Shown: piece after piece, positions 54,005-57,124 of the stretch | How positions within the stretch are numbered: position 1 is the stretch's first letter | Layout of the letters: each line of letters begins with the position of its first letter | Assembly: GCA_026129165.1 (NCBI GenBank) | Contig: JAHCIP010000004.1 | Span: 1-57,124 of the forward strand | Direction of reading: 5' to 3' | DNA length: 57,124 nt | Source: Anaerolineae bacterium | GTDB taxonomy: Bacteria; Chloroflexota; Anaerolineae; Epilineales; JAHCIE01 | Position numbers and translations under genes: made by a program | Notes under the pieces: model-generated | The model's database searches: none | Seen by the model: the letters and a program-made list of their open reading frames with translations, nothing else | Told to the model about the DNA's origin: nothing

Positions 54005-54261
54005 CGGGCGAGGTCCTGGTGAGCCTCCGCATAGATACGGAGGGCCGCGGAGAAAAGGCGTTCGTAGTCGTCACCCTGGGCCTGATACCACTCAAGCACG
54101 TCCGGCTCGACTTTAATAGTTACTGTAACGAAAGCCCGTGGTCTGTGCCATCTCGCAGTGGCCAGGAATTCCTTGGTTAAGGGCGGGCTGTCGGTCGTAT
54201 CAATCATGTCATCCGTCATCGCGTCCACCTTCGCCCAGTCGGTCTCGGAGACCTTGCTCAT
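54001..54261 (-). CDS. BrnA-family antitoxin
   Basis: SETDW.KVDAM.D..ID..DSP.L..EF...A, VTIK...DVLEWY..QG..Y......LR.Y. Start overlaps the toxin 3' end; alternative start 54276. Confidence 0.85.
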   Translation of the reverse strand: MSKVSETDWAKVDAMTDDMIDTTDSPPLTKEFLATARWHRPRAFVTVTIKVEPDVLEWYQAQGDDYERLFSAALRIYAEAHQDLAR

Positions 54262-54517
54262 ATTCGGCCCGTTCATATGTCAGCGCCTTTCGTAGCGAGA
54301 TAACTCGGATTGTGTTCTCACCTGGTTCAGTGTAAACAAGTACAACCACTCGGCCTTCGAGCATGCCAAGCGTGACCCAACGCTCTTCGCCATAGTCATA
54401 GCGATCGTCAAGACGCGTTGCCGTATGGGACTGGAAGATACGCCAGGCCTCTCTGAAATCAAGGCCATGCTTGTTGAGATTGGTACGCCGCTTCTCCTCA
54501 TCCCAGTCGAAGCGCAT
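54209..54517 (-). CDS. BrnT-family ribonuclease toxin
   Basis: MRFDWDEEK...N..KHGLDF..A..IF, D.R.DYGEERW.T.G, VYTE....IRVISLRKA...ER..YE. Confidence 0.92.
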   Translation of the reverse strand: MRFDWDEEKRRTNLNKHGLDFREAWRIFQSHTATRLDDRYDYGEERWVTLGMLEGRVVVLVYTEPGENTIRVISLRKALTYERAEYEQGLRDRLGEGGRDDG

Positions 54518-54549
54518 ATTTCAGGCTCCATTCTCACAGTACTCGTCTA

Positions 54550-54578
54550 ATTCTAGCATTATAGTCTTGAACTATCAA
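54550..54578 (-). promoter_or_regulatory. Promoter of brnTA, overlapping a divergent promoter and a small palindrome
   Basis: Minus strand TTGATA-17 bp-TAGAAT with an extended TG. ATAGT-N5-ACTAT at 54561-75. Plus-strand TATAGT at 54560-65. Confidence 0.6.
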
Positions 54579-54591
54579 AGGGAGATCGCCG

Positions 54592-55560
54592 ATGCCTTCT
54601 CGAAAGAAGCCACGACAATCAACGCCTGCCCAGAGAAAACGGGTGCACGCTGACCGTCAAGATATGCCAGCGGTAGACGCGCGTCGGATGGAAAAGACCC
54701 TGGCCGACATTGGCAAGCTGCTGAGTGAGCAGAACTTTAGCTCGGCCGAGGAGGCCAACGCCTTTCTCCAGCAACTCATGGCCTCCGGCGACCTCATGTC
54801 GGCGGCAGCCCATGAGCCAGAAACGCCCCTGGAGCAGGCGCAGGAGGTCATGTACCAGGCGTGGGAGGCGTCGGGCCAACAACGTATCAAGCTGGCTCGC
54901 CAGGCCCTGACCATCTCGCCGGACTGCGCCGATGCCTATGTGCTTCTGGCCCAGGAAGCATCGGGCAGCCTGCGCGAGGCCGCTGACTTCTACGCGCAGG
55001 GCGTTCAGGCCGGCGAGCGCGCCCTCGGCTCCCAGGTGTTCGCGGATGACGTCGGCCACTTCTGGGGCATTCTGGAGACGCGGCCCTATATGCGGGCGCG
55101 GGCCGGCCTGGCCCAATGCCTCTGGATGCTGGGCGAGCGAGAACAGGCCATCGAGCACTATACCGACATGCTGCGCCTCAACCCGGGCGACAACCAGGGC
55201 TTGCGCTATACCCTGGCGCAGTGGCTATTGATGGTGGGGGCGGACGACCGGCTGGAGGAACTCCTCGACCGCTACGATGAGCCGACCGCGTCGTGGGCCT
55301 ATACCCGTGCCCTGAGCCGGTTCCGCCGCGAAGGGCCGAGTCCGGCGGCCAAGGCGGCGCTGAAGGCGGCGCTGGAGGCCAACCACCACGTCCCCGCCTA
55401 TCTCCTGGGCCGCAAGCGCCTGCCGAACCAGTTGCCCCCGTACGTCGGCTTGGGCGACGACAACGAGGCGGTGGACTATGTGGTGGGTGCGGCCGAGAAC
55501 TGGCTCAATGCACCGGGCGCGCTGGATTGGCTGGCGCAGCACAGCAGCCTCGACGAGTAA
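54592..55560 (+). CDS. TPR-like helical repeat protein
   Basis: AQ...Y.AWE, LARQAL.ISPDCADAY..LA, FWG.LETRPYMRAR, LRLNPGDNQG.RY, A...N..VP.YL.G. Confidence 0.78.
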   Translation: MPSRKKPRQSTPAQRKRVHADRQDMPAVDARRMEKTLADIGKLLSEQNFSSAEEANAFLQQLMASGDLMSAAAHEPETPLEQAQEVMYQAWEASGQQRIKLARQALTISPDCADAYVLLAQEASGSLREAADFYAQGVQAGERALGSQVFADDVGHFWGILETRPYMRARAGLAQCLWMLGEREQAIEHYTDMLRLNPGDNQGLRYTLAQWLLMVGADDRLEELLDRYDEPTASWAYTRALSRFRREGPSPAAKAALKAALEANHHVPAYLLGRKRLPNQLPPYVGLGDDNEAVDYVVGAAENWLNAPGALDWLAQHSSLDE

Positions 55561-55600
55561 TGAGGCTAACTTTAGTCTTCGGTGGAAGTATATATGATAC

Positions 55601-55637
55601 CAGGACCCTAAAGGTCTCAAAGACCTTTAGGGTCCTG
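55601..55637. repeat. CCCTAAAGGTCT...AGACCTTTAGGG palindrome (REP/terminator)
   Basis: CAGGACCCTAAAGGTCT-CAA-AGACCTTTAGGGTCCTG, a 17-bp perfect stem. Confidence 0.75.
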
Positions 55638-55654
55638 CCTGTTCCAGCCTGGCT

Positions 55655-55683
55655 TTGCGCTTTTTCCCACGCCGCATTATAAT
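55655..55683 (+). promoter_or_regulatory. Sigma-70 promoter of cphA
   Basis: TTGCGC-17 bp-TATAAT; GGAG RBS before ATG 55718. Confidence 0.7.
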
Positions 55684-55717
55684 CCCCTCAACCTCGCCCC
55701 CGTCACGGAGACAGTGT

Positions 55718-57124
55718 ATGCTGACGTTGGAAACGCGCGTCTATCGCGGGCCGAACCCCTACGGCTACCGGCCGCTTGTTCGCTTGATGTTGGACCTAGA
55801 GGAATTGGAAGACTACCCCACAACCAAGCTGCCCGGCTTCACTGACCGCCTGGTCGAACTGATGCCCTCACTCCAGACCCACACCTGCTCCTACGGCGAG
55901 CCGGGCGGGTTTATCCGCAGGATGCGCGAGGGGACGTGGTTAGGGCACGTCGTCGAGCATGTGGCGCTGGAACTCCAGGACCTGGCCGGGACGCCCGTCA
56001 CCTATGGCAAGTCGCGCACCGTGGCATGGAACGCCCTACCCGACGATGTGCGCCAACGCAAAGAGGCCATCCTGAACGCCCAGCCGCGCACCCAGGACGA
56101 GATCGCCCACTTCAAGCGCAACCACGGCGTCTACTACGTGGTCTACTCCTACGAAGAGGAGAAGGTGGGTCTCAAGGCGGGTGAGTTGGCGATTCGGTTG
56201 GTGCGCTGGCTGCTGCCCGACGAGCTGCCCAGCGCGCTCCACGGGGACGAACGCGCCCGCTTCAGCTTCCAGGATGAGTTGGACGACCTGGCCCGCCTGG
56301 CCGACCGCCTGGCGTTGGGGCCAAGCACCCACTCCCTGGTCACAGCGGCGCGGCGGCGGGGTATCCCCCATATTCGCCTCAACGAACACAGCCTTGTCCA
56401 GTTTGGCTGGGGCATCTACCAGAAGCGCATCCAGGCCACCGTCACGTCCGAGACGCGCCACATCGCCGTAGACATCGCCCAGGACAAGGAACTGACCCAG
56501 CAACTCTTGCGCGAGGTGGGATTGCCTGTGCCGTCGCAGCGCGTCGTGGATAGTGAGGAGGACGCGGTGGAAGCCGCCCTGGACCTGGGCTTTCCGGTCG
56601 TCACCAAACCGCTGGACGCGAGCCACGGACGGGGCGTGTCGCTCAGTCTCAAGACCATTGACGAGGTGCGGGCCGGCTTCCGCGCCGCTGCCGAACACCG
56701 CGACGACGTCATCGTGGAGACGTTCCTAGAGGGCAAGGACTATCGCATCCTGGTGGTCAACGGTCAGGTCATCGCCGTGGCCGAGCGTGTGCCGGGGCAT
56801 GTGGTGGGCGACGGCGTCCACACCGTGCGCCAGTTAGTGGACATCGTCAACAGTGACCCGCGGCGGGGCGTCGGCCACGAGAAAGTCCTGACCAAGCTGG
56901 AGATGGACCACCAGGCCGAACGGCTGATGCAACTCGCCGGTGCTACCCTGGATACCGTCTTGTCGGCCGGCCAGCCCCTCTTCCTGCGCTCGACGGGCAA
57001 CCTGTCCACGGGTGGCACGGCCATTGACCGCACCGACGAAATCCACTACGACAATCTCGAAGTGGCGCGGCTGGCGGCCAAAGTCATCGGGCTGGACGTG
57101 GCGGGGATTGACCTCATTATGCCC
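55718..57124 (+). CDS. cphA: Cyanophycin synthetase CphA1, 3'-truncated by the window end (absent from the ORF track)
   Basis: Manual translation: MLTLETRVYRGPN...HTCSYGEPGGF..R...GTWLGHVVEHVALELQ...LGPST..LV.AA..RGIP...LVQFGWG..QKRIQAT...KPLD.SHGRGV...D.RRG.GHEK.LT...NLSTGGTAID.TD...GLDVAGID. Confidence 0.95.
   Translation, partial: MLTLETRVYRGPNPYGYRPLVRLMLDLEELEDYPTTKLPGFTDRLVELMPSLQTHTCSYGEPGGFIRRMREGTWLGHVVEHVALELQDLAGTPVTYGKSRTVAWNALPDDVRQRKEAILNAQPRTQDEIAHFKRNHGVYYVVYSYEEEKVGLKAGELAIRLVRWLLPDELPSALHGDERARFSFQDELDDLARLADRLALGPSTHSLVTAARRRGIPHIRLNEHSLVQFGWGIYQKRIQATVTSETRHIAVDIAQDKELTQQLLREVGLPVPSQRVVDSEEDAVEAALDLGFPVVTKPLDASHGRGVSLSLKTIDEVRAGFRAAAEHRDDVIVETFLEGKDYRILVVNGQVIAVAERVPGHVVGDGVHTVRQLVDIVNSDPRRGVGHEKVLTKLEMDHQAERLMQLAGATLDTVLSAGQPLFLRSTGNLSTGGTAIDRTDEIHYDNLEVARLAAKVIGLDVAGIDLIMP

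Noticed and set aside
55718-57124. Apparent gene-free or pseudogene region in the ORF track
   Set aside because: It is an open cphA frame that lacks a stop only because the window ends.

Overview
GC-rich bacterial chromosome segment, most likely Chloroflexota (inferred from gene content: DUF2298/Chlor_Arch_YYY and TIGR03663-type membrane proteins, and a giant DUF11/Ig-repeat surface protein). In order: the 3' part of a >1990-aa surface protein; polX; an ECF sigma/zinc anti-sigma pair; a ~29-kb co-oriented envelope glycosylation cluster (flippase-like protein, CDP-sugar epimerase, GT4, two methyltransferases, two polyprenol-phosphate sugar synthases, and eight GT-C-fold membrane proteins carrying nine GT-C-type modules); sucC-M20 hydrolase-sucD; a probable CC-adding tRNA nucleotidyltransferase; secDF; and a cyanophycin locus (cphB in a tightly linked operon with an ABC transporter, then BrnT/BrnA and a TPR-like gene, then cphA cut by the window end). 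The best candidates for undescribed biology are (i) the archaeal-like multi-GT-C glycosylation system, with Thr/Pro-rich candidate substrates nearby, (ii) at least three unrelated families of palindromic repeats that sit in frame inside the GT-C genes, two of which also occur between genes, (iii) the cphB-ABC-pseudopeptidase operon and a CphA1 with an unusual insertion, and (iv) a nested-hairpin ncRNA candidate after secF. All family calls come from reading motifs by eye; no database searches were run. No CRISPR array, tRNA, rRNA, transposase or integrase was seen.
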